A stretch of 64,000 nucleotides of DNA, from the NCBI GenBank assembly GCA_038280095.1, contig JAYPYG010000001.1:7392-71391 (forward strand), given 5' to 3'. This stretch comes from Fidelibacterota bacterium (GTDB taxonomy: Bacteria > Fidelibacterota > Marinisomatia > Marinisomatales > Marinisomataceae). The notes under the pieces were generated by a model. It saw only the letters and a list, made by a program, of their open reading frames with translations. It did no database searches and was not told where the DNA came from. Shown piece by piece: positions 8,429 to 16,634 of the stretch. The stretch's first letter is position 1, and the number at the start of each line of letters is the position of its first letter. A program made the position numbers and the translations under genes.

Positions 8429-9537
8429 ACATACTAATACCAATGGCTGGACTTGGTTCCAGATTCAAAAGAGCGGGCTTTCTCAAAGAAAAGCCCTTGA
8501 TAGAATTCAACGGAAAAACACTAATAGAGCACTCCGTGGAAACACTGGGCATAGACGGTAGAATTATATTCGTCACAAGAAAGTACGAAGACAGGGAAGC
8601 GAACAAAGAGCTTTCCTCGGTCCTAAGTAAGATAAAAAAGAATCACATAGAAATAGTTGCCCAAAAACCAACAAGCGGAGCAGCAGAGACAGCTTTGCTT
8701 GCCAAAAAGTACATAAACAACAACGAGCCACTTATAATCTCCAACTGCGACCAGTTAATGGATTGGAATCACGAGCTTTTCATAAATGAGGTTATGGATG
8801 CAAACGTAGACGGAGCCGTAGTTACTCACACATCAACAGACCCAAAACATTCTTACGCCAAAACTGTTAAATCGCGCAATTCAAATAAAATAGCCAAAAT
8901 AGTAGAAAAAGAGCTCGTATCCGACATGGCCCTAACTGGAATCCACTTCTGGAAGAGCGGGGCGGATTTTGTTGAATCCGCACAAGACCTTGTCATGAAT
9001 TACGAAAACTTAAGAAGGAAAGAGTGCTTTATTTCAGAGACGTACAACATATTAATAAATAAAGGTAAAAATATAATCGCCCACCACGTCCCCGAAAACT
9101 CATACACGTCACTTGGAACGCCCAAAGACCTAAAAACATGCCTCGGTAAAATAAAAGAATTCAAGTCAAAAAAACCAAAAACCATATTCTGTGATATAGA
9201 CGGGACAATCCTTTCTCACGCCCATTGTTTTAGCGAGCTAAAAGATGGAAAACAAATCCCGCTAAATAAAACCCTAGACAAGTTTGACGAATGGGATTCA
9301 TTGGGTCACAAAATAATACTGTGCACAGCAAGAAAAGAGTCAGCTAGGGCCACGACCGAAAAACACCTAACATCACTCGGTTTTTGTTGGGACGAGCTTA
9401 TTATGGGGGTAACAAGCGGAGACAGAGTGCTAATCAATGACAAACTTAAACCGAGCGACAAAGATAGAGCTATAGCCATAAACTCAATAACAAACAAAGG
9501 TTTTTCGCAAGAAGAATTAAAAAAAGCAGGGTTATGA
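8425..9537 (+). CDS. bifunctional sugar/alcohol-phosphate nucleotidyltransferase - HAD phosphatase fusion
   Basis: 370 aa. The N-terminus MNILIPMAGLGSRFKRAGF..KPLIEFNGKTLIEH carries the NTP-transferase G-x-G-x-R signature. The C-terminal third has the HAD motifs IFCDIDGTIL, ILCTARKE and INDKLKPSDKD. Confidence 0.65.
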   Translation: MNILIPMAGLGSRFKRAGFLKEKPLIEFNGKTLIEHSVETLGIDGRIIFVTRKYEDREANKELSSVLSKIKKNHIEIVAQKPTSGAAETALLAKKYINNNEPLIISNCDQLMDWNHELFINEVMDANVDGAVVTHTSTDPKHSYAKTVKSRNSNKIAKIVEKELVSDMALTGIHFWKSGADFVESAQDLVMNYENLRRKECFISETYNILINKGKNIIAHHVPENSYTSLGTPKDLKTCLGKIKEFKSKKPKTIFCDIDGTILSHAHCFSELKDGKQIPLNKTLDKFDEWDSLGHKIILCTARKESARATTEKHLTSLGFCWDELIMGVTSGDRVLINDKLKPSDKDRAIAINSITNKGFSQEELKKAGL

Positions 9538-9974
9538 AATTAATATCCCACAGGGGGAACGTGTACGGTAGAGAGCCTAACGAAGAGAACACAATCAAAC
9601 ACATAACCCGCGCATTGAGTCTCGGCTACGATGTAGAAATCGACTTGTGGTCAATCTGTAACAAAATATACCTTGGGCACGATAGTCCCGACTACGAAGT
9701 AAGCATAAACTTCTTAATGGAGAATAAGGGCAAACTATGGTGTCACGCTAAAAACATTGAAGCATTATGCGCACTAAACTCTAAAAAACTAAACACATTT
9801 TTTCACGATAAGGACGATGCAACAATAACAACAAAAGGGTTCCTATGGCTCAGCCCGTGGGTAGAATATATCCCCAAAAACTCCATTATCGTGTCAGATG
9901 AAATCAAAAACATAAAAAACAAGGCGGGGTTCAAAACCCTATACGGAGCCTGCTTAAATAATTTACATGGATAA
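9534..9974 (+). CDS. glycerophosphodiester phosphodiesterase-like protein (short)
   Basis: 146 aa. MKLISHRGN...EENTIKHITRALSLGYDVEIDLW...LGHD matches the GDPD H-R-G / E-N-T / E-x-D / H-D catalytic pattern. It is shorter than typical GDPD enzymes. Confidence 0.5.
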   Translation: MKLISHRGNVYGREPNEENTIKHITRALSLGYDVEIDLWSICNKIYLGHDSPDYEVSINFLMENKGKLWCHAKNIEALCALNSKKLNTFFHDKDDATITTKGFLWLSPWVEYIPKNSIIVSDEIKNIKNKAGFKTLYGACLNNLHG

Positions 9975-10800
9975 CGCAGCAATAATAGTCGTAGGTCAAA
10001 TAAGAAACAAGTCCCCAAATCAAAAAAAACTTTTTTCAAAAAACCTAGAAATCTTCAATAGAGAGAACGTATTCTTTTCAACATACGAAGAGGACGCTCA
10101 AAAACTTAAAGGGTGGAAAGCGAATATACTCACAATAAAAAGAAGCGAACTTCTCAACACAGACTCGCCTGGACTAAAATGGATATTTCCAAAAGACTTC
10201 AAACATACTTTAGCAGAAGGTAGAGTTATTCAGCATGTTCACTTAAGAAATTGCATAGAGAGGTTTTGTGATAAAATCTCTAAATACGACTACGTATTAA
10301 AGACCAGGGTGGATGTGAATTCCAATATACAACAATGTATTCAGTCTATCCAAAAGAACCCCAATAAATTCTCAATGGCGTCAGATTTAAGCTACGGCTG
10401 CGGAATAAACTTGTTCATGAAAATGTTTCACGACAATAACTTTTTAAACTTTGTTAAAAAATTAATTAATAATGACAAAAGCTACGTTTCACTAAACCAT
10501 AAAAATCTCCTAGGCTCAATTAACTCAAACCCAAACTGCTTTAAATGGTGGTGGATAAGATACCCAAACTCAATAAAAACAGTATCCAAGGATTCCGTTT
10601 TGAGTCTTTGTAAAAAAAACATAAATAACAACGCCGACATCCAGACATATGAAATAAAAAAAGATTGGGCAGAAAAGACAATAGACAACAAGAACTTTTC
10701 AAATCATTTTTGTTCGGAAAAATATCTAGCCCTATACGCCTTATTGTTTTCTGAAATCAACCAGCTCCAATCTCCAGCAATACCCACAATTGTCAGATAA
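9967..10800 (+). CDS. hypothetical protein (277 aa), paralog-family member
   Basis: Shares an N-terminal strand (IIVVGQIRN) and the motif KYDYVLKTRVDV with 33918-34664 (QYDGVIRSRPDY). Confidence 0.4.
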   Translation: MDNAAIIVVGQIRNKSPNQKKLFSKNLEIFNRENVFFSTYEEDAQKLKGWKANILTIKRSELLNTDSPGLKWIFPKDFKHTLAEGRVIQHVHLRNCIERFCDKISKYDYVLKTRVDVNSNIQQCIQSIQKNPNKFSMASDLSYGCGINLFMKMFHDNNFLNFVKKLINNDKSYVSLNHKNLLGSINSNPNCFKWWWIRYPNSIKTVSKDSVLSLCKKNINNNADIQTYEIKKDWAEKTIDNKNFSNHFCSEKYLALYALLFSEINQLQSPAIPTIVR

Positions 10801-10817
10801 ATATAAACAAAAAGACA

Positions 10818-11567
10818 ATGAAAAAATTAGCTGTAATAATATTTGGGTGCCTAGGAAGGTCTTTACATATAACCCACAAGAATCATAAGGAAAGAATACT
10901 AAACAAAATAAATCTAGACCATGATTTGATTTACGTAAATAACCATACACAAGAAATAGATGGGGTAAAATCATCTCCCAGATTCAGAGAGATAGCAAAG
11001 CCTAACCTACTTATAGAACTCAACCAAGAGTATATTGACTCAAAAATATTAAAAACCCACCCACATTACAAAGACTATTTCAAAGACAATTATATTAATA
11101 TTCACAAAAAAAACCCACTAAGGAATAGCTACATAGAGACCATAGTATCAAAAACCCTAAACTCACCCTTTCTCACAGAGCATACACACGCGTTAGTGTT
11201 TTGCGCTGATTTTTGGTTAGAAAAATACTTTGACGAGTCCTGGTTAGATAAAAATGGCGTTGTGACGGGAGACCAAAACCCAGGGGGAGGATACACAAAT
11301 GGATTTTATGCTGGCAAAAAAGAGCAAGTAAGCAAGCTGCTAGATTCATTTTATGACTTAAAAAACTTGTCAAAGTTGGATTACGAAGGTATACTAAAGC
11401 TAAACGCAAAAAAACACAGAATACCAATATTCCCAGAACCCATAAGATTCCTGAAAATTAGAGCAAACGGAGATTTGGCGTATAGAGGTAAAAAACACTC
11501 GTGGAAAAAGATAAAACACATTGAATCCGATTACATAAACAGCAAACAAACAGACAATCAAGAATGA
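10818..11567 (+). CDS. hypothetical protein (249 aa)
   Basis: ORF in the island I array with an N-terminal strand LAVIIFGCLGRS. No assignable motif. Confidence 0.4.
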   Translation: MKKLAVIIFGCLGRSLHITHKNHKERILNKINLDHDLIYVNNHTQEIDGVKSSPRFREIAKPNLLIELNQEYIDSKILKTHPHYKDYFKDNYINIHKKNPLRNSYIETIVSKTLNSPFLTEHTHALVFCADFWLEKYFDESWLDKNGVVTGDQNPGGGYTNGFYAGKKEQVSKLLDSFYDLKNLSKLDYEGILKLNAKKHRIPIFPEPIRFLKIRANGDLAYRGKKHSWKKIKHIESDYINSKQTDNQE

Positions 11568-12196
11568 TAAGCCACAAACACAAACTCATCTTCATACACA
11601 TACCAAAGTGCGCTGGCACCAGCATTGAACGCTCCTTATTCAATAATCACCAACCAACACAAACCAACTACAAAAATTGCTGCGGATGGGATGAGAAAAA
11701 CAAAATCTGGATGCAGCATGCGACAGCAAAACAAATCAAAGAATTATACGTCGATGACTTTTACAGCTTTACCAGGTTTACTGTAGTCAGAAATCCCTGG
11801 GACAGGGCGGTATCAGATTACATGTGGGTTAAGCGTGAACTAAAAATAGGCGGCAGCTTAAAAGATTACTTGCTCCTCGAAGGTAAGTTCAATGATAATA
11901 GACTAAAACTTCCACAAAGAAACAAATCAACAAGAGCAGACCACATAAGACCACAGAGTGACTTTATTTTTTCGCAAAGCGGAGAGAATCTCGTAGAGCA
12001 TATATGCAAATTTGAAAATCTCCAACAGGAGTTTGATGATGTACTCCTTAAAAACCACCTACCAAAACTTAAATTACCTCATGTAAACAAAACAAACCAT
12101 AAACACTACACAGAATACTACAACAATGAAACAATTGAAATTGTTGAGCGAAAATTCTCCAAAGATATAAAAAACTTTAACTACAAATTCCAGTAA
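11564..12196 (+). CDS. sulfotransferase family protein (Sulfotransfer_2-like)
   Basis: 210 aa. MISHKHKLIFIHIPKCAGTSIE and VVRNPWDRAVS parallel 7504-8097 (FVRNPWSRAAS). Confidence 0.7.
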   Translation: MISHKHKLIFIHIPKCAGTSIERSLFNNHQPTQTNYKNCCGWDEKNKIWMQHATAKQIKELYVDDFYSFTRFTVVRNPWDRAVSDYMWVKRELKIGGSLKDYLLLEGKFNDNRLKLPQRNKSTRADHIRPQSDFIFSQSGENLVEHICKFENLQQEFDDVLLKNHLPKLKLPHVNKTNHKHYTEYYNNETIEIVERKFSKDIKNFNYKFQ

Positions 12197-12197
12197 A

Positions 12198-12740
12198 ATG
12201 AACAAATTCTGCATTATAACACCACCGAGGACTGGTAGCACACTGCTAACAAATATCATTCACGGATTTTTTGACCCCAACGCTCCCTGCTCTTTCGGAC
12301 TAAGAAAAAGGACTATAAAATTTATAAGCGGCAAGGAAAATAATAGTGTAATCCTTAAAAGCCACGATGTAAAATTAATAAACTATCCAATAGCAGAAAA
12401 CTGTTACATAATAAGCTCAATTAGGCCAGAAATCAACAAAGTTGTACCTCCACTAAAAAACAAAAACAGCAACATCTTGATATTGGATTACACAACCGAC
12501 CTCTTGTACGCGTCTCCATACAGCGAGAACAACGGAAAGACCCTTGACGACGTTATTAAAAACGTAGCAAGTAAGATTAAAGAGGAGTTCAGCATACCAA
12601 TTCTAACAAGCCAAATCAATCAGGCAAAAGATAGGGTTCTAAAAATGAACGAAGCGTACGAGAAAATCAAACACAAACCCTTTGCGAAGTTCGACGAATT
12701 TTATCACATACACGGAAATCATAGAAATAGAGGAAGATGA
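12198..12740 (+). CDS. sulfotransferase-like P-loop protein
   Basis: 180 aa. FCIITPPRTGSTLLTNII matches the 5'-PSB loop P-K/R-x-G-S/T-T of PAPS-dependent sulfotransferases. Confidence 0.45.
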   Translation: MNKFCIITPPRTGSTLLTNIIHGFFDPNAPCSFGLRKRTIKFISGKENNSVILKSHDVKLINYPIAENCYIISSIRPEINKVVPPLKNKNSNILILDYTTDLLYASPYSENNGKTLDDVIKNVASKIKEEFSIPILTSQINQAKDRVLKMNEAYEKIKHKPFAKFDEFYHIHGNHRNRGR

Positions 12741-12793
12741 ACTGCCTGCCGTCCGAAATATACCAGTTCACCAAAAACAAACCTTAATATTTA

Positions 12794-12822
12794 TTGACTT
12801 AAGTCTAAAACCGTGATAAACT
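12794..12822 (+). promoter_or_regulatory. sigma70-type promoter with extended -10 (TTGACT-17-TGaTAAACT)
   Basis: -35 at 12794-12799, TG at 12814-12815 and -10 at 12817-12822. The ORF start (TTG 12829) is 6 nt after the -10. Confidence 0.45.
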
Positions 12823-12828
12823 ACTCTC

Positions 12829-13152
12829 TTGAATAAAAGAGAAATCATAGAGCGCCTAGTAATCATCCCACCAAAAGGAAAGCGACCCTTTTGGGCTAGA
12901 GAGATGAAATTGCTCAATAATCTCTTAGAGAAGCGGCCAAATCTTGACTTCTGGAGCAAAGTAAGATTTCCCGACAAATACGATAGCTTGGCATACCTTC
13001 TATCAGAATGGGGTGAATCTATGCTCAGAAACAAGTATAATGAATTCACCTACAAACCTAAAAAAATCAAAGCGCCCGAAATCTCCGACCAAAAATTCGG
13101 CGAGGACGCAGTAATAACAAAAACCCGCAAAACAGTAAAGGACTTTTTCTAA
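12829..13152 (+). CDS. hypothetical protein (107 aa; start uncertain, TTG 12829 or ATG 12904)
   Basis: ORF ending in a TAATG overlap with the RecA-like gene. Confidence 0.4.
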   Translation: MNKREIIERLVIIPPKGKRPFWAREMKLLNNLLEKRPNLDFWSKVRFPDKYDSLAYLLSEWGESMLRNKYNEFTYKPKKIKAPEISDQKFGEDAVITKTRKTVKDFF

Positions 13153-14249
13153 TGGCAAAAAAGAAAGTGACAACCCAAGAGCAAATTCAAGACTTCTTAA
13201 CCGACAAGAAGCACGAAAAACACCACTACAACAACCTAGAAGAAGAATACTACAAAATATCAAGTGGTAGCATGTATTTAGACATGGCGATGGAGGGAGG
13301 CTTACCCCCAGGAGTTCACAGATTTACAGGCCACACAGAAGGAGGTAAGACGAGTTGCGCACTAGCCTTCGCCAAATCATTTCAAGAGAGATTTGATGAC
13401 GGCATGGTAATATATATTCGTGCAGAGGGAAGGTTGACGCCAGAACATATTGCTCGCTCTGGAGTGGACACAAGCACAGATAAATGGTTCATTCTCGACA
13501 CGAATGTTTTTGAAACAGCGTTCGAGTTCATCAGAAGGCTTGTCTTTAACAACGACGAAAAGAAAAAATACTTTTTCATTGTCGATAGCGTTGATGCACT
13601 TAATAGAATTGCGGACATAGACAAGCCGTTTAGTGAGTCTGACCAAGTGGCTGGTGGTGCATTAATATCATCGGTCTTTTTAAAGAAAATGGTCTTACCA
13701 ATCATGAAGACAAACCATATTGTCATCCTCACGTCCCAAGTGAGAATTGAAGTTTCTCCAAACCAAGGCAGAGGAGGCCCAAAAAAGAAAGAGGCTGGAG
13801 GTAACGCGGTAAAACACTATTCAAGCCACATCCTCGAATTCCAAGAAAGGTACGAAGGAAAGGATGTTATTTGGGAAAATCCGAGCGCCGAGACAGTGGA
13901 CGCTCGCGGTGAACCAATCGGACACCACTGTAAAATCAAGTTCAGAAAAAGCGTCAACGAGAAATCTAACGCATCTGTGCGTTATCCAATCAAGTACGGC
14001 AGAACAGGCGGAAAAAGTGTCTGGCTTGAGCGCGAGGTCGCAGAAATGATGGACTTATGGGGTTTTTACGAAAAGAATGGAAGCTGGCTCACCATAGACC
14101 CCGAGTTAGTTAAGGAAGCCAAAGAAAAAGACATAAATTGTCCCGAAAAAATTCAAGGAATAAATCAACTTTTAGCTAAGCTAGAAGAAGACGAAGCACT
14201 CCTACACTTTTTTAGAGACAAAGTAAACCAAGAAATAGGAGCAATTTGA
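13152..14249 (+). CDS. RecA/UvsX-family recombinase
   Basis: 365 aa. Walker A FTGHTEGGKTSCALAF, Walker B YFFIVDSVDAL, and a RecA-like GGNAVKHYSSHILEF strand. Confidence 0.75.
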   Translation: MAKKKVTTQEQIQDFLTDKKHEKHHYNNLEEEYYKISSGSMYLDMAMEGGLPPGVHRFTGHTEGGKTSCALAFAKSFQERFDDGMVIYIRAEGRLTPEHIARSGVDTSTDKWFILDTNVFETAFEFIRRLVFNNDEKKKYFFIVDSVDALNRIADIDKPFSESDQVAGGALISSVFLKKMVLPIMKTNHIVILTSQVRIEVSPNQGRGGPKKKEAGGNAVKHYSSHILEFQERYEGKDVIWENPSAETVDARGEPIGHHCKIKFRKSVNEKSNASVRYPIKYGRTGGKSVWLEREVAEMMDLWGFYEKNGSWLTIDPELVKEAKEKDINCPEKIQGINQLLAKLEEDEALLHFFRDKVNQEIGAI

Positions 14250-14659
14250 GGAAATTCCGAACATTGGCAGGGAAAATTCAATCTCTCCAAAAGCCAGTCA
14301 AGTACATGATTGACTGGGACGCTAAAAGCAGGAGCAAAATCCAGACGAAAGTCAAGGAGTTCCTCCGCCATCACTGGGAAAACGAGGCAGTCTTCGAAGA
14401 GTTTCCCGTTGTTGGCACCAAATTGACAATTGATTTTTATAACGCAACGAGAGATGTCGCCGTTGAAGTGCAAGGCCAACAACACAGGAGATATACAGCA
14501 CATTTCCACAACAAAAATAAAGTGAACTTTTTAAATCAACTTCGCCGCGACAAAGATAAGCTTGAATTTTGCGAGAAGAATTGTATAAAATTAGTAGAGG
14601 TTTATCACGACGATGAGCTTACAGAAGCCCTTTTTGAGAAACAAGGGGTAAAATTATAA
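14246..14659 (+). CDS. DUF559/Vsr-like (PD-(D/E)XK-type) endonuclease-domain protein
   Basis: 137 aa. LTIDFYNATRDVAVEVQGQQH...RRDKDKLEFCEKNCIKLVEV resembles the D-F ... A-I-E-x-D-G-x-x-H ... D-x-x-R core of DUF559. TTG start; the alternative is ATG 14306. Confidence 0.4.
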   Translation: MRKFRTLAGKIQSLQKPVKYMIDWDAKSRSKIQTKVKEFLRHHWENEAVFEEFPVVGTKLTIDFYNATRDVAVEVQGQQHRRYTAHFHNKNKVNFLNQLRRDKDKLEFCEKNCIKLVEVYHDDELTEALFEKQGVKL

Positions 14660-14682
14660 AATACTTGTGTAAATAAAGCATC

Positions 14683-14976
14683 ATGGACAATAAAGAAGAA
14701 GAAGAATTTGATTTCGAGAATATGGAATTCGAAATTCCAGAAAACTTCCTAAAGACGCTGTATGACTTCACAGGAACATCTGACAAAGATAGGGGTTTTT
14801 GCTTAGCGTATGTCGACCAAGCTGGACAGGTTCGAGTAATTTCAAAGGCAGAGTCTATGGTCGTTGACCTCGGCCTAAGAAAAGGCATAGAAACATATCT
14901 CACCGACCTAGAGGACGATGAAGCCTCAATGAGGTTCCTTGGGGGCGATGACGATTTTGAAGAAGATAGTCCTTGA
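14683..14976 (+). CDS. highly acidic hypothetical protein (97 aa)
   Basis: N- and C-termini are rich in D/E (MDNKEEEEFDFENMEFE ... GGDDDFEEDSP). It sits directly upstream of dnaB. Confidence 0.45.
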   Translation: MDNKEEEEFDFENMEFEIPENFLKTLYDFTGTSDKDRGFCLAYVDQAGQVRVISKAESMVVDLGLRKGIETYLTDLEDDEASMRFLGGDDDFEEDSP

Positions 14977-15011
14977 CTAATACTAAGCTTCTGTGCTAGT
15001 ATTGGTTGAAT

Positions 15012-16634
15012 ATGATATATTCTCATGAATTAGAGCAGCACCTTTTAGCTGGCTTAATAAAATACCCCAAGCAATACTTCGCACTAGCGAACCTCATCGA
15101 AGAGGATGATTTTAGGGCAGGGGAAGATGATGTCAACAAGACAATCTTCAAAATAATCAAACAAGCCCTTGAGTTCGGGGAGTCTGTCGACGATGTACTC
15201 ATCTCACAAAGACTAAAGGAACTCAATATTTCTTTTGAAGGGAAGCAAGATGTTTATCAGTACGTCAAATCCCTTTCTATGCGCCGAATCTCACAAGAGG
15301 CCGTCGAGCAGGTCGCAAAAGACCTAAAGAAAATTTCAATCAAGAATAAGATTTATAAGACGTGCCTCTCAACAGCTCAAGAAGTCAAGAAGCTCCCTAC
15401 GTCAGCCACATTCGAAGAAATCATCGAAACATCAGACAAGGGCTTTAACATAAGTCTCAATAGTTATTTCACTAGGTCAAAATCTGAGCCAGAAAACATT
15501 TTCGACGTAATGGAGGAAATGATTGAGGAGCGCGGCAACAATCCCCAAACTGAATTCGGGATGATGGGACCGCACAAATCCCTTAACGATACATACGGCT
15601 CCTTATTACGCCCAGGAAATATCACAGTTATTGTCTCGCGCTCTGGAGTAGGGAAGACGACATTCTGCCTAGACTATTGCACAAAAGTCTCTGCGAATTA
15701 CGACCACGTTCCAGTTCTCCACTTCGATAATGGTGAAATGAGTAAAGAGGAGCTTATCATGCGCCAATGTGCCGCACTATCTGGAGTTCCAATGTACTAT
15801 CTCGAAACAGGGTTGTGGAGAAAGAATGCCGATTTCGAAAAAAAAGTAAGAGCAATTTGGCCAGTAGTCAAAAACATGAAACTGTATTACCACAATGTGG
15901 CAGGGGTAACGGTAGACAATATGATTAATATCATGCGACGATTCTACTACCAAAAAGTCGGGCGCGGCAACAAAATGATTTTTAGTTTCGACTATATTAA
16001 GGCTGGAGCGGAGAATACGAGCAACGGAAACCATTGGCAAGTAATTGGCGACATGGTTACAAAATTCAAAAACTTCATTCAAGAAGAAATGGTTTTTGAA
16101 GATGGCCCAGTAATTGGAATGCTCACAAGTGTTCAGAGCAACAGATATGGCATCACTACCAACAAAAAGTCAGAAGACATTGTAGATGACGAAAGCATCG
16201 TTTCACTTTCTGACCAAATCACGCACTTCAGCACCCACTTATTCTGCCTTCGCAAAAAAACCATCAACGAAATGGCGGAAGAGCCAGAAGGATTTGGGAC
16301 ACACAAGCTCATTTGCTTCAAGCACAGGCACCTTGGTAAAGAGGTTGGTAGAGCTTTAAATGAAGTAGAGTTTCCAGATGGCTCAAAGAAGAAAAACTTC
16401 ATCAATCTTGAGTTCTCTAATTTTGGAATAACAGACAAAGGTGATGCGTTTGATATGGTGGAATTCATGGAGGCTAGTGGAATTTGCGTTCCACAAGAAG
16501 AGGAGCAAACCAAAAGAGCAAAGACCCCGCGCAAGCCAAAGGTTTACCCACAAAACCCACCAATCCCACAGCATCAACAAGTAGAAATGTCATTCGGGGG
16601 AGTTGACGACTTAGACCTATCGGAGTACGATTAA
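15012..16634 (+). CDS. dnaB: replicative DNA helicase DnaB
   Basis: 540 aa from ATG 15012. N-terminal DnaB domain (ELEQHLLAGLIKYP), Walker A VIVSRSGVGKTTF, and RecA-like core motifs FDNGEMS and FSFDYIK. Confidence 0.9.
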   Translation: MIYSHELEQHLLAGLIKYPKQYFALANLIEEDDFRAGEDDVNKTIFKIIKQALEFGESVDDVLISQRLKELNISFEGKQDVYQYVKSLSMRRISQEAVEQVAKDLKKISIKNKIYKTCLSTAQEVKKLPTSATFEEIIETSDKGFNISLNSYFTRSKSEPENIFDVMEEMIEERGNNPQTEFGMMGPHKSLNDTYGSLLRPGNITVIVSRSGVGKTTFCLDYCTKVSANYDHVPVLHFDNGEMSKEELIMRQCAALSGVPMYYLETGLWRKNADFEKKVRAIWPVVKNMKLYYHNVAGVTVDNMINIMRRFYYQKVGRGNKMIFSFDYIKAGAENTSNGNHWQVIGDMVTKFKNFIQEEMVFEDGPVIGMLTSVQSNRYGITTNKKSEDIVDDESIVSLSDQITHFSTHLFCLRKKTINEMAEEPEGFGTHKLICFKHRHLGKEVGRALNEVEFPDGSKKKNFINLEFSNFGITDKGDAFDMVEFMEASGICVPQEEEQTKRAKTPRKPKVYPQNPPIPQHQQVEMSFGGVDDLDLSEYD

